A stretch of DNA of 64,000 nucleotides from Prorocentrum cordatum (lineage: Eukaryota): assembly GCA_963575745.1 (NCBI GenBank), contig CAUYUJ010000303.1:372001-436000 (forward strand), read 5' to 3'. Position numbers and translations under genes: made by a program. Every line of letters begins with the position of its first letter. The first letter of the stretch is position 1. Of the stretch, positions 25,201-38,876 are shown in pieces. A model generated the notes under the pieces. The model was not told the DNA's origin. It saw nothing but the letters and a program-made list of their open reading frames with translations, and searched no databases.

Positions 25201-28200
25201 CTGAAAGTTGATGCAGCCCTTCTTGTCTGAGCGACTGTCGGTACTGGCAGAGCCGATGGGGGAAGATTGCGAATCGCTGCCACAAGGTCTGCGTCCTGAT
25301 GATCAGCCAGCGGCCGGGGAAGGTCATCATCATGTCGTCGATCGCCCTCCCAAATCTGGCACCAGCTGTCCATCCGGCTATCAGCGATCGCTTGCGGGGG
25401 TGATGCCGTGCTTTGGCCCTGCTTGATCTGAGCATGTGCCCATGGCTGTACTCTGGAGATCGAATATACCTGTGCGGGGCCCGTGACCATTGCGTCGCGG
25501 ACCCATGCCTTGAATTTGCTGACTCTGTGCCATCCTGCTTGCCTGTCCAGGTGGTCGACGTGCGCCACGATGATGCTGGCGAATGCTTGGAGGCACAAGA
25601 GGCGCTGCAAAGGTGGCTGCTTACAGGCGAGATGAATGATGTCCCATGCGCCTTCGAAGTACAACCTGCCATCGGTTTTGTGTACGTCTTGTCTGTGGCC
25701 TGGTCGTAGCAGTCTGGCGAGATGGCTCCATCGCGCGCGACGACGTGTAGGTGACGCGTGACTGGCCGATGTACGATGTGAGAGAGGTTCGCCATCGGAG
25801 CCCCGCTCCTGGTGGTCGTGGTAGATCAACAAGTCCGCGGGCAACTGCCTGTCTCCCAGGAGCCTCCTCATCTCATTCCTGATCTCCTGCAGCTCGTCCC
25901 AGTGCTGGCTGATGAGTCTGCGTCTAAGCGGCCTGTCGCGCGCGGCGAGCCAGTCATGCAAGAGATGATGGCGGCGCGATCCTCTGACGAGCGCCCCCGG
26001 GCATCACTGCAGATATCCTCGGCCAGCTCGCGCAGGGAGTTGAAGCCGGCGTCCGCGATGACGGTGGCCACCCACTCCGCATGTTGAGGTAGCCGCGGGC
26101 ATTCCATCACGTAGGGGGCACACCAAGCCCCCCATGTCCGACCTCCCGATTCAGGATCCGATGTGCCTGGCACCCATCTCGTAGCGCCCGCGGCGGCGGC
26201 CTCCTTGAAATCCTCCTCTGGGCTATCCTGATCCACGTTGTCAGGATGAGGGGGTCTGCCTATGGCCCCGGGGACGGCGAGTCGTCTCCACCTGTCCAGC
26301 GCCACCCGTGGCGTGGGGCTCGCCCAGGTCCCCGTCGGTGTCGAGGTCGAAGTAGGGGTAGGGCAAGGCTGGGCGTCGGCGCGCTGCTGCAAGGAGGTCA
26401 CACCGAACTCAATGAGGAAATCAGCAACCAGGTCAGGAACCGCTTGACCCACCGCACGTAGATAGCGAGGCTCGTTGCCTCCCGTTGGGTGAGGACCAGT
26501 CTTGGGGCATCCAGTCGGTCTCCAGGTGTATGTGGGTCCGTCCGCGCGGCCTCGGTAGGCCTCAGGTTCTGCGACCTGTGATATGCCAATCAGCTCGCTC
26601 TCAACATGGGAAATGAACTGGCCGTACAAGGTGTCCATGCGCCCTATCGCTTCCGCCTTGGAAGCTGGGGGCCCTCGCTGCGCATCCCTTTCCACGATGT
26701 CGAAGTAGTCGGGTGTGCTGATCGGCCCATGCAAGGGATGACATCCCTCCGTCGCAGGTGGCCCCCTGGGAAAGCTCCGCGGTGCTCTGATGCTCAGGAT
26801 CTGCATGGTCTTCGGTCTAGCCTGGATGTAGGTGATGGCAGGCTTGTGAGGTCGCGCTAGCCACATCGGCACCGCCACAGGGGAGCGGGATGCCGTGTCG
26901 AGCCCAGACGGCGTGATGAAGTAGTCAATGCTGTTGTACTCAGCCCTTCGGTGTGCGACAGGTGCCCTCCTCCTTGGCGTGCAGGAGGGCAGCGGGCAAC
27001 AGCTCTGGCAACCCAAATATCTGGTAGTCCTGAGGCGTGAGATTCCAGTCGCCAGCAATGGTGTATGGCGCGTTCATGTACCTCAGGAAATTCACGAGAG
27101 TGAGGAAACGATTGGAGTTGGCCGTGAGGCATGCAGTTGTGCGCGTGCTCTCCATGTAGGCAGATCCCACCAGCAGCCCACCAGTAAGTCCCACATCAAT
27201 GTGCATGACCACTGCCCAAGCTGGCGTGACCTCATGGGTAACTTTGCCATCGGGTCCCTCGACAACGGTGGCTGGAAGGTGAGATCGCACAAACACTCCT
27301 GTGCCTGCGCTGGGCAGACCCATAGGTAGACGACGACACTCCGTGATGAAGGCCTGCCATCCGTTACGTCGAGCCCAAGATTGGGCCTGCGCAAGACGCC
27401 CAGCATCAAGTCGCAACTCCTGAGCGCACACGATATTGATCCCTGTCGTACCTTCTGCCAAAAAGGTCCTGCAATAATCCCAGCAAGAGCCGTTGAAGGT
27501 AGCGGCTGCAATGTCTTTGCGCCTGGAGCCCCGTGGCGCCCTAGTCCTGCCCTGCATTCTCCCATGCTGCATGCGCTGTTTGATCGATCGACATGAGGTC
27601 ACCCGATCCTGTCGGTGCAGGCGAGGTCCGGGAAAGCGGCTGACTGCAGGGGTCATGCCACGATTGTCTTAGATGTCGAAGTCGCGGCTCCTGTCGCCAT
27701 GGAGCCAATGTGGGTGACCTGCTGCTCGATGGTGGACCATAGCTGGGAGCCATCCATGTTCGCTGTGCCCGACCTCGCCGCCTGCAGGACGGCCTGAAGC
27801 TGCTGGATGGCGACAGAGACGTTGGCCATCGCGGGGGCGCCGCCAGTCGCCGCTACCGCCGCCACGGCCGACTGGGCCTGAGCGACCTCCGCGTGGAGGG
27901 TGGACGTCTCCGCCTCGAGCCCGCTGAGCTGCTGCTTGGCCTCGACGAGCTCCGACTCCATCTGCTCGACCTGCGCGGCCTTGGCTGAGCGTTCGGACTC
28001 CTTGGCCGTCCATCTGTCCTTGGCGCTCCTGAGCAGGTCCGAGGGATCCATCTGGGCACGTAATGCAGACTCTGCTTTGTCGTGGTCGGCCTTGGCGGCG
28101 ATGACCAGCTCGTGATCGTCACGGTAGATCCGTCGTAAGGCCAGCCCAGCTCGCTTTGACTTCGCTGCTGCTGACTGCTGAGGCGTGACATCACCAGCAG

Positions 28201-28680
28201 CCTGAGGAGCAGCGAGAGCAGGATCAGCCCGATCGCGCCAGGGCGCCTCTGCCCCGCGCGACGGGGGCCTCCTGCGATTGGGTGTCCTCTTGGGGACGAC
28301 CGTGGGCTTGCCTCCTCTGTCTCGGCCACATGCCCAACACGTCGCCCTGCTGGAGTAGTTGTTGCGGAAGCCGCAGGCCTTCGTCGCATTGCATGGCCAG
28401 ACCTCCTCATTCTTCTGCATAAGCTGAGGCTCTGGCTCAGCAGGCGGGGCACTGCCGTGGTGAGCCTGCAGGAGCCGCCTGGCCGCAGCCTCGCGCAGGG
28501 TCTGCCGCGCGATGGCGCGGCGCCTCCTCAAGCGGCGATGCCAGGCCGGCGACGGGGCACGCCCACAGGGGCCGCTCGTCGCCGCAGCTGCGCCTGCGCC
28601 CGCCGTCGGGCTGCAGGCTGGGGCCAGATGGATGCGCCCGCCGCGCGCCCCCGCGCGCGTGGGAGCCCAAATGGCAGCCT
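22286..28680 (-). mobile_element. Full-length decayed non-LTR retrotransposon D: ORF1 (RanBP2-like zinc finger plus coiled coil), ORF2 APE-RT-CCHC-RNase H
   Basis: ORF1 27653..28531: WPC..CGFRN..CWAC. APE: TFNGS, CAQEL, AGDWN, SIDYF. RT 23961..25151: GYRPI, VDISKCFD, GVLPGC, IYADA. Then CQHC..HRLWSC and RNase H DIYADGS, RAEL, RTDC, HVRSH, NDYAD. Confidence 0.9.
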
Positions 28681-28782
28681 GGAGGAGGAGGAGGAGGAGG
28701 AGGAGGAGGAGGAGGAGGAGGAGGAGGAGGAGGAGGAGGAGGAGGAGGAGGAGGAGGGAGGAGGAAGGAGGAGGAGGAGGAG
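28681..28782. repeat. (GAG)n tract
   Basis: Visible directly in the sequence. Confidence 0.97.
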
Positions 28783-29539
28783 TTGCGATCGAGGAGAGGG
28801 AGGGGGCGGAGGCTGGGCACCCTCCCCCCCCACTCCTCGCCCCGCTTCCTCGCGCTGCCCGTCCCCTCCCCCCCTGCCCAGAGCGGCGGGACCCCCGTGG
28901 GCAGAGGGCGGATGGATGACAGAGCCGGCCGACCGCGGAGCGAAAAGAAGAAGGAAGATCAGACGGGGCCAGGGCCGCGACACATTGTTCCAGAGCGTCG
29001 CCGAGCCTGAAAACGGGTCAGCGGGGAGCGGCGCCCGAAAACGTCGCTGCGCGCGTCGCGGCGTAGATACCCATCGGTCGTTGAAAGTAGGTATTTTGGG
29101 ATTCCCAGGTTCCAATCTACTTTCAGCGCCTTCCTACTTCAAGAGTCGAGTGGTTTTCCCTTTTCCCTCCTCTCCAGGAGGCGGGCGGAAACCCAACATA
29201 TCAGTAAGGGATTCGCCCCCTGCCGCCGGCCCCCTCTTTATCAGAATGGGATACATCAGAGCTATCTTGGGATGTTCGGGCGCCGTCTTCATGACACTCG
29301 GGAACGTCATGCTAGGGCGGCTGGCGATGAGCAAAACGGATTGAGATGTTGAAGTTGTTGTTGAACGTTTTGCTGCCTTCTTGGCATTTTCCTCCAGTTG
29401 TTCACTGGAAGCGCTCTGGGCACGGCTGGGGATTGCTTCAGGCAATCTCTGGGAAGGTTATTTTTTTCTGCTCTGGAGAAGGAGTGACGCCTTTGGGCAG
29501 CTTCCGCGAGGTGGATTCGTAGCTTGGGGCGTGCGCGCG

Positions 29540-30240
29540 AATTTGGTGTAATTTGCGGGGGACCGTGGCCTCGGGGACGCGACTGCGGCGTAATTTACGA
29601 GGGATCGTGGCCTGGGGGGCGCGACAGCGGCGGAGTTTACGAGGGATCGTTGCCTCGGGGGCGCGAATGTGGTTTAATTCACGCGGGATCGTGGCCTCGA
29701 GTGCGCAAGTGTGGCGTAACTTACGAGGGATCGTGGCCTGGGGGGCTGAATGTGGAACCCACCGCCGAATTTTCCAGATACCGGGGGGACAGAAGAATAC
29801 CAGCGGAGCACATATCCCAATACAGAAAATTGTTGTTTTTCAGCTTTGGAGAGGGGGAGCGCCTTGTCGGCAGCCTCCACAAGGCGGATTCGTGGCCTCG
29901 AGGGCGCGCCCGCTGCATAATTTTCGAGGGATCGTGGCGTCAGGGGCGCGAATTTGTTGTAATTTACCAGGGGTCGTGGCCTCGGGGGCGCGAACATGAG
30001 GTAAATGTTGTAGGATCGTGGCTTCGGGGGCGCGAATGCGGCGTACATTACGAGGGATCGTGGCCTCGAGGGCGCGACTATGGAGTAATTTACAAGGGAT
30101 CGTGGCCTCGGAGACGCAAATGAGGTGTAAATTCCGAGGGATCGTGGCCTCGGAGACGCGAATGTGGCGGTATTTACCAGGGATCGTGGCCTCGGGGGCG
30201 CGAATAAAGTGTAATCTGCGAGGGGTTATGGCTTGGGGTA
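29540..30240. repeat. Degenerate ~40-bp minisatellite (GTAATTTACGAGGGATCGTGGCCTCGGGGGCGCGAA...)
   Basis: Recurring core, interrupted at ~29755-29885. Confidence 0.9.
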
Positions 30241-31114
30241 CACAGAACTCTTGTATGTTTACGTGTCCCACGCCCCCCCAGAAATTCTGAGAAACCTCCC
30301 GGGGGACGCTAACCATGGCCCTTTTCGGCTCCCCCCCCTCGCGCGGACAGTAACAATTCACAGTAGGAAGCAGAAAGCAGTACTGCAACAATGGAAACTG
30401 GACACTGGAACTGGCGCAGGGAGCAGCAACCTTAATCCTCGCAGCCTGATGGCCCCGCAAGGGGGCCGGCGGATTTCCAACGCCTTCCTGCTTCATGCTT
30501 CTGCCTGCTGCTCCCGACCGATGGGCACAGCTACGAAGGGCGTCGCGGAGCGCTTCGGAGAGGCCGCGGCGCCCGAAAACGGGTCAGGGCGGATCCCGTC
30601 AGGGCTCAGCGGAATCTGCGCACGCTGGGGAACCACGCCCAGCGGCCCCTGGGCCTGGGCCTTGGCATCGCTCGGACGTGTGCCTTTCTTTCTCGGCGAG
30701 AACCAGCGAGGACCAGCCTGGACCATCGAGCCAAAAAAAAAACACGTACGAAACCGAAACATGCACCGGAAATGAACGTCCGAGCGACGGCAAGGGGCCA
30801 CTAGGAGTGCCTGGGACCTGACCCGCTGCAAGATTGTGTGCGGCCAAACGGTTCCCAGGGCGGCCCAAGACGTTCTCAGGTCGCACCCCCATGACGGCCT
30901 CGAGGGAATCCAGGCGGCCAAACACGGCCCAAAGAGCCCCAAGACGGACGGCCCAAGAGAGTTCCCCAAAAGGCTCCCGAGATGCAACAGGCATTGATTG
31001 CGAAGGCCTGACGGCCGGTGCCGCCGACCCTGTTCGCAATGCGCAGCAAGAGGCACGGGCTGTGGGATGGTTTTGGGGAACGGGGAGAAGGACGAGAAGG
31101 TGGGGGAGGGAGGT

Positions 31115-31850
31115 GTCGTATCTGACCCGGGACTTCCCCGGGACTCCCCCGGGACCCCCCCCGGGACCCCCTCTCCCTCCCCCGGCGGGGAAGGGAAAGG
31201 GAAGGGGCTTCCCTTCGACTCAATTACGACGTTGCTCAAGGTCGGTACGGGGGGGGGCCGTCGTGTCTGACCTGGGGGGGGGTCGCTACCGCCCCCCGCT
31301 ACCCCCCCCTCCCCTCCCGGCGGGGGAGGGATCAAAGGGAAGGGGCTTCCCTTCGACTCAATTACGAGGTTGCTCAAGGTCGGCTTGGCTGGAGCCCAGG
31401 GGAAGAGGAGTCCCAGGGGGGGGCGTCGTATCTGACCCGGGGGGGGGGTCGCTACCCCCCCCCCCTCCCGGCGGGGGAGGGATCAAAGGGAAGGGGCTTC
31501 CCTTCGACTCAATTACGAGGTTGCTCAAGGTCGGCTTGGCTGGAGCCCAGGGGAAGAGGAGTCCCAGGGGGGGGCGTCGTATCTGACCCGGGGGGGGGGT
31601 CGCTACCCCCCCCCCCCCTCCCGGCGGGGGAGGGATCAAAGGGAAGGGGCTTCCCTTCGACTCAATTACGAGGTTGCTCAAGGTCGGCTTGGCTGGAGCC
31701 CAGGGGAAGAGGAGTCCCAGGGGGGGGCGTCGTATCTGACCCGGGGGGGAGGGGGGGAGGGATCAAAGGGAAGGGGCTTCCCTTCGACTCAATTACGAGG
31801 TTGCTCAAGGTCGGCTTGGCTGGAGCCCAGGGGAAGAGGAGTCCCAGGGA
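31115..31850. repeat. ~150-bp tandem repeat, about 5 copies, with variable G/C homopolymers
   Basis: Recurring AAAGGGAAGGGGCTTCCCTTCGACTCAATTACGAGGTTGCTCAAGGTCGG. Confidence 0.92.
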
Positions 31851-32956
31851 AAGGGAAGGACAGAGACGACGAGTACAAAGAATGACGGAGATGACGGCTC
31901 GAACGGAAAAGCCCCTCACACACGCCGACAGGGTCGGCGGATTTTCCAATCAGGTGCTTGGAAGATATTAATATTGACTCCTTCTCGGTCCTAGGAGCAT
32001 TCAGCCCAAGGGGTTGTAGGTTTCTCCGAGACCACCGAAACCATCCATGTGAGTGCACTCAGAGTTCAACCACATAATAGCCCAAGAAAGCCTCACGACT
32101 GCCCCAGGGGGGCTCATACCGCCTCCAAAGGGACCCAAGAGAGAGAGAGAGATTCCCCCTGAAAAGCTCCCATATAGCTTTGAGACGGTCCAAGAAGGCA
32201 CTTAGATGTCAACCATAGGACGGCCGACGAGAGCCCGAAGACGTTCCCATGCAGCCCCTTGAGCCCCCCAAGAGGCTTGAGAGGGTCGAGACGGCCCGAA
32301 CAGGTCTTGCTAGAACTCCACAGTCAAGAGAGTTGTACATCGATAGTTGGCTATTGGCCAAAATTGCGTCAAGGCTCAGCCCAACCCGGGAGAATTCTGG
32401 GGTGGCTCAAGGGGGTCCCAAGAGGGCTCCAGGCCGACGCCAAGAGACCCGCACGACGCCGTCGAGGCGCCCTGGACGACCCAAGAGGGCCCCAAGACAG
32501 CCCACTTTCCACTACGAGCACCACCACTGCAGGTAGACGGCGGATGGTTTTCAGATTTCGAAGGGCGCGTTACGGTCGTCGAGGTTTGGAAGGCCATACG
32601 CGTCCCACTTGTAGATTGTAGTCTATAGTTGTGGATGGTCGGGGCCGTGCAGTTGCGTTACGTAGAAGTTCGGCCCATGCCCTCGTAGTCTTTGAGTGTT
32701 GATATTGTCACTTGCGGGCAAGTGCGACGCCCTTTCCCTCGAAGAAGAAGAAGAAGACTAAGCACTTATGTAAGCATGAGCTTGCTTAGGTCCGCGTGAA
32801 TTTCTTCGATCGGCGCTGGACCCCCTGGCGGCGCCTCCAGCGCTACCCCTGGCGCGCTCCGCACGCCAGGGAGGGGGTCCAGCGCTCGTCCAAGAAATTG
32901 GCGCGGACTTCCGAAAGCTTATGTTTATGCAGTTGTTCTTGCTCAAATCCCCTGGA

Positions 32957-33190
32957 ATGGCATCAGTGACGCAGGTCGTGGCGCAGCGATATAGCTGCCG
33001 GGATTTCATTCCAGACAAAGTGCCTGACGAGGCGCTGTTGCGCGAGATTTTGACCAAGGCTTCCAGGGCGTCTTCGGATGGGAACACGCAGCCATGGCGC
33101 ATGTACGTGCTGAGCGGGGCCGCCAAGGACGCTGTTGTGGACGCTGTGCAGAAGTCCAATCTTCGCGTGGCCGTTTCAGAATATCTGGAG
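32957..33190 (+). CDS. Nitroreductase family protein, 5' exon (3' boundary approximate)
   Basis: MASVTQVVAQRYSCRDF...RASSDGNTQPWRMYVLSG contains the FMN-binding RxSxR and (A/P)SxxNxQPW motifs. Confidence 0.85.
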
Positions 33191-33825
33191 GCATTCGGCC
33201 GCGGCCGCCGACTCTCCTGCCCCCTGCCGTAGGCGTCGGGGGCTCGCTCGTCCTCAACGTCGCTCTCGTCCTCGTCCGTTTCCTCCCCCTTTCATGGGTC
33301 TTCTGTGGGGCCCCCTTGGGGTCCTCCCAGGGTTGCGCGCTTGGGCTCGTTCTGCGGTCTGCCCTCCTGGGTCCCTGGGGGCTCCATCGGGGCCGCCTTG
33401 GGCCCTCAGCTTCCCGGGGGCGTCCCGCCATCCCGAGGAATCGCGGCCTTGGGGTCGAGGACCAGTAGTTCCTTGGACTGTGCTTGCCCTGGGGGGTCCT
33501 GGTGGTGTGTTGCGCCCGTGGCCGCCTCGATGCCGCCCCGTGCGTTGGCCGGCATTTCCAGGTGCTCGCGCGGTGGGCGCCCGTGGCCGCCTCGCGGCCG
33601 CCCGAGGCGTCGCCGTGCACGTCCAGGTCTCCTCCCAGGGTAACCCCTGTGGCCGCCTCGTGGCCGCCCCGTGCGTTGGCTGGCACTTCCAGGTCCTCGC
33701 CCTGCGAGCGCCCGGCATTTCCAGGGTTTCGCTTGGGGGGGGCGCCTGCGGCTGGCCGCCCCGCAGGTTGCACAGTACCCATTGCACCACAGGCTTCACG
33801 ACACGGCTTGCACCACGTGGCTTGC

Positions 33826-33925
<100 letters not shown>

Positions 33926-34021
33926 GTTGGCACCACATGCATCAAGGTTTCCCAAAGACAAAGAGACTAGACCCCCATCCCGAGGCTGTATTTCACCCCC
34001 CTCCCTCGGGATACTGGTTCT

Positions 34022-35290
34022 TTCCCAACCATCCTGTGGTGTTGGTTCCTCGTTTTGAAGAGACAGTGCCCAGCGTTCCTTCCTTCCTCCTCCCCCTCCC
34101 CCTCATCCTCCCCCCCCCCTCCCTGCCTCTGCTCTCCGCATGCCCATCCCATTTCGGCACACCCCTCACACGTGTCGTGGTCCCATAGGGAGCCCCGCCT
34201 GAGGCCCCAATGGTAAAGTTCGCATGGCACCGCCGCCCCATTTCGGCACACCCCTCACACGTTCCGTGGCCCCACAGTAAGCTCCACCTAAGGCCCCAGT
34301 GGGAAAGTTCGCATGGCACCGCCGCCCCATTTCGGCACACCCTTTCACTTGTTTCGTGGCTACATAGGGAGCTCCACCTCAGGCCCAGTGGGAAAGTTCG
34401 CATGGCACCGCCGCCTTATTTCGGCACACCCCTCACACGTTTCGTGGCCCCATACGGAGCTCCGCTGAAGGCCCAAGTGGGGAAGTTTGCATGGCACCGC
34501 CGCCCCATTTCGGCACACCTCTCAAACGCTTCGTGGCCCCATAGGGAGCTTCACCTCAGGCCCCAGTGGGAAAGTTCGCATGGCACCGCCGCCCCATTTC
34601 GGCACACACCTCACAGGTTTCGTGGCCCCACAGTGAGCTCCACCTAAGGCCCTAGTGGAAAAGTCAGCATGGCACCGCCGCCCCATCTCGGCACACCCTT
34701 TCACACGTTTCGTTGTTCCGTAGGAAGACCCACCTCAGGCCCCAGTGGGAAAGTTCGCATGGCACCGCCGCCCGATTTCGGGACACCCCTCACACGTTCC
34801 GTGGCCCCACATTAGGCCCCAGTGGGAAAGTTCGCATGACACCGCCGCACCATTTCGGGACACCCCTCACACGCTTCGTGGCCCCATAGGGATCTACACC
34901 GAAGGCCCCAGTGGGAAAGTTCGCACGGCACCGCCGCCTCATTTCGGCACACCCATCACAAGTTTCGTGGCCCCATAGGGAGCTCCGCCGAAGGCCCCTG
35001 TTGGCAAGTTTGCATGGCACCGCCGCCCCATTTCGGCACACCCCTCACACGTTTCGTGGTCCCGTGGCACCGACGCCCCATTTCGGCACACCCCTCACAC
35101 GTTTCGTGGCCCCGGAAGGGGCTCCACCCAAGGCCCAGGTGGGAAAGTTCGCATGGCACCGCCGCCCCATTTCGGCACACCCCTCACGCGCTTCGTGGCC
35201 CCATGGGGAGCTCCACGGAAGGCCCTACTGGCGACGATCGCAGGCGTTCTCCCGATTCATGCCGGCACACCTTTCACACGTTTCGTGGCA
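34022..35290. repeat. ~89-bp satellite array with a conserved terminal segment, within the nitroreductase intron
   Basis: Unit CCCATTTCGGCACACCCCTCACACGTTTCGTGGCCCCATAGGGAGCTCCACC-AAGGCCCCAGTGGGAAAGTTCGCATGGCACCGCCG. Confidence 0.93.
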
Positions 35291-37003
35291 GAAGGCTATA
35301 CCGCGTGCCGTTACTCGGAGTCTGCGCGCCCCCCACTTTCGTGTCATCTCCCTCGCGGCACTCGCAGCTGCATACGGTTGGGTCCTTCGTCTGGCCAGTT
35401 TTCATGATCATATGTTTTCTGCACGATCGTTCATCCCCGCCGATCCAGTATCGCCCCCCCCCGAAAAACTCACGCCGAGGTTGTATTCAACCCGCCCCCT
35501 CAGGAAATTGTTTTTTACGATCAGATCTGCTCTGCGCGACCGTTCATTCCCGCTGACCTAGTATCGCCACCCCCCCCGCTCAGCAATTTCATGCGAAAGA
35601 ATGACATGCGGAGCACGCGCGTTGATATGTGTGTTAATATGTTCAAATGATATGCAGGCCACATACGCGCGTACCGTCGCTCGCATGTCAGAATCACTCA
35701 AACACAATAGACTTCTTGACAAGTTCAAGACGTACTGACTCAAAACCATGGTCGCCTGTGCACCAACTGGGGAAGAACACTACGCACGCGCCTTCGTTGG
35801 AACCGAATAAAAACAGGACAATTGCTTAATTATGTTAATGTGGACCATGCGGTCCGCACGCGAGCGCATGTCGAAAGCATGCCGCGCACGCACCAGCTCG
35901 TCGTCAAATAGGTTTATACCTGCCACGCGCCCATCTTTGCGCTTACGGAGAAATCTTTGCAACACCAAATGTGTCCTAAGGATTTCAACGTTGAGGTATT
36001 CAAACACATATGAACCAACATTCGGTTCACTGAGAATTCTGTCAGAATTCTAGAATGTCTGCGCGCACATGTCCTCATCATCCTCACCCAGCACCGCCGT
36101 CATCATAATCGCCAGCGTCATCATTGCCACTGTCACCACCATCACATCAACACCATCGTCATCGTCATATTCCTAGTCGTCGTCATCGTCGTCGCCGTCG
36201 ATGTCGCCGACCTCGTCATTACAGGCGGCCCGGATTAGTAGGTCGACCCTGCCAGATCAAGGGCACCCTCGTGTCCTATGTTTTGCGGCCCATGCCTCCT
36301 GCATTTCTGTAGCAACGTGGCCCCCGGAAAGGTCTTGTGTCCTCTCGCGTGTCCTCTCCAATCAAGTCCGACTGCATCGCGAACAGCCTCAGCGCCGTCG
36401 TTCGCCGATGCTGTCATAACCATCATCACTCGCCCGCCCGACTCCTGGATCTGCACGAGCAGGGTCCGCGCGCCATGGCGCCAGTTACTTAGGATTCTGG
36501 AGCAAGTTCCGATGGGTGATGACACTCACGGGCATTCGGGATTTTGCTAGCAAGTTGCGGGCGGGTGGGTGGGATCGTGGCCCTGGTGTAGGAGGTGATC
36601 ACGCGTGGATGCCCACAGTGAAGTGCACTGCATAGATTCCGCCACGTGTATTGCACCGCATCGATTCCATTGCACGGCTTGCACAGCGGAGTTCGCACCG
36701 CAGATCTAGCCCCTTTTATAGATTGCATTACATATCAGTGTGCACATCGATATTGCAAGACACCATTGTTTGCGGCCGCATTAAGGGACCGTGGTCCTGG
36801 GAACAAGAGCTCGTCATGTTTATCAGAGTTCGCAAGGAGCTACCGAGTTGCAAGGCACCCCCAGGTTCGGGGAAATAAGTACATCAGGCTACCATGACTA
36901 AAAACTTACAACAAAGAGGGGCAAGTAAACAATGACTCTTCACATACAACGACCCCTCAGAAAATGCAAGTCGAAGGCTCACAGTGTAGCCCCCCACCCA
37001 GAG

Positions 37004-37536
37004 GGGCGGCGGGTCATAATTACCCCGATCAGAAAGCTAGCAGCCACATCGTCTATGATGATGCGGAGCTCACTAAGAAAACCAACGAGCGTATGCAACA
37101 TTTCCGCAAGACGATTTACAGCCAGCGTCGAAAGGTGTGCGGAGAAATGTTGTACAAGTCGATCAATGTCGCGAAGGAGGACCTGCCTGGGAAGTTGCAG
37201 CAGTTGCAGAAAAATGGATCGTTCTTTAACGCCCCAGTTGGAATTATTGTCACCCTCGACCGAATGTTCGATCGTTGTGGTTGGGGAAACGTTGGCATGT
37301 ACCTGGCAACATTCGCTTTACTTTGCGAGGAGGCGGGGCTCTCAACATGCTTCCAAGGATATTTTGGCGTCAATCACGCAGCTGTGGAGAAGGTTATCAC
37401 GCAGATGGATCCAGAGACCGAAGTTATTTGGTGTGGTATCGCTGTGGGCTACGCAAACCAGGAGCATCCGATCAACAGCTGGCGCACGGAGCGCGCGAAG
37501 ATCGATGAGTATGCACATTTTATTTCCAAGTTATGA
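37004..37536 (+). CDS. Nitroreductase family protein (TdsD-like), 3' exon ending in SKL (5' boundary approximate)
   Basis: FFNAPVGIIV...VGMYLATFALLCEEAGLSTCFQG...CGIAVGYA...RTERA is a typical nitroreductase C-terminal half. Confidence 0.88.
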
Positions 37537-38699
37537 ACTGGAGATCGACAGCAGATCCGTTGTTGTGAATGTGTGAAGTGGTATTGCGACCGGAGTAGTC
37601 GTAATTTTCAGACGTTGTAAAGTTGGTTCGGCTGTAAAATGATCTCAGCATGCAGTTGTGACAGAGAGTGTAGGCAGAGAAATAACCAAAACACATCAGC
37701 GTTGAAGCCCCCCTCCCCGCACAGAGTTCGTGAAGGCCTTAAGGCTGGTGCCGCCGACCAAAAGGGGGACGACGACGACGGAAGCGACGAAACACATTCC
37801 AAAGCTTCAGGTCAATAATTGAATGTATCTCTCTGGGATTTGCTTGGGAGTTGTCTTGGGACTCTCACGGGCCTCCTGGGGGCCTCTCTGGCGCCGGCGC
37901 GAGGACGCGAAGACTGAACTAGAGCTCTGCGTTGCACGAAGTGCGAGCTCATAGAAGACCAGCGCGAGGGAACAGCAGGAACAGAGCGAGGAACAGGACC
38001 AGGGCAAGCCCCCATAATGTTGCAATCTTTGGCAGTGCGCCCTCCCGTCCCATGGTCCCTCACGAGTCCTTGGGAACTTTCTTTTGTCGCGAGAAGAAGA
38101 GCTTCCTGGGCCTGCCAGCGGAGGTCCTTTTGAAAAGGAGTGCCCTTGCGTCTTCCTAGCGCGTACGCAGACATGCGACAAGCTATGACCATGCAGTTCA
38201 ACGGGGTGCCCAAAGAGATCTGCGCTTTGAAAAAGAACCGCAGCCCCCCATCACGTTGTTACGCATGAGTTTCGAATATTTCTCCAGCGACGGCTTCATT
38301 TTGAAAAGGGACCGCCTCCCATCCTCGAATTTGCTACATGTGTTGAAGCTTCGGGTTGTCAGATTTCACAAGTAACTTGAAACGAGTGCCCAATTCTTTT
38401 TTTCCAAAAAAGGAGTTGTCCTGCATCCTTGTCACTGCTCCAGATGTTCGAAGCCAATGTGCACCGTACTAGGACGCGAGCCCTGAGTATAAAACCACCT
38501 GCGGCCCGTCCTTGTAACTGGTGCAAGCGACGAAGGAACATGCGTGCGAAGCTAAGGCTGAGGGTAGGGCTTCAGTGCGATGGCCACTTGTGCTCTGTTC
38601 CGGATATGTGCAGACTTTGAAAGCGAATTCGTTCGGCGTTAGGGTTATAGATAGGCAGTTCCTTCAAAGTTGGCATCCTACATTATGTTAGTATCGGTA

Positions 38700-38876
38700 T
38701 TGTTTTACCGATCCCCATCCCCATCCCCATCCCCTTCGAGACCTTCACCACATTACCACCCAGTTAGGGATACACCCGTCGAAACCCGAAGGCAACGACC
38801 TGTATCCCCATCTAGGGGGGCAAGTCGGCCGGTGGGGCCCAGGCCACGCCGCTGGGGATGCGGATCGGTCCAACAA
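38700..38876. mobile_element. Possible MITE
   Basis: Imperfect inverted termini TTGTTTTACCGATCCCCATCCCC / GGGGATGCGGATCGGTCCAACAA, flanked by TA. Confidence 0.4.

Noticed and set aside
31115..31850. Tandem SL RNA genes (GCTCAAG|GT in each unit)
   Set aside because: Only ~7 nt match the SL 3' end; the CCGTAGCCATTTTG portion is absent.
32930..32947. SL relic upstream of the nitroreductase (TTCTTGCTCAAA)
   Set aside because: Too short and degenerate to distinguish from chance.
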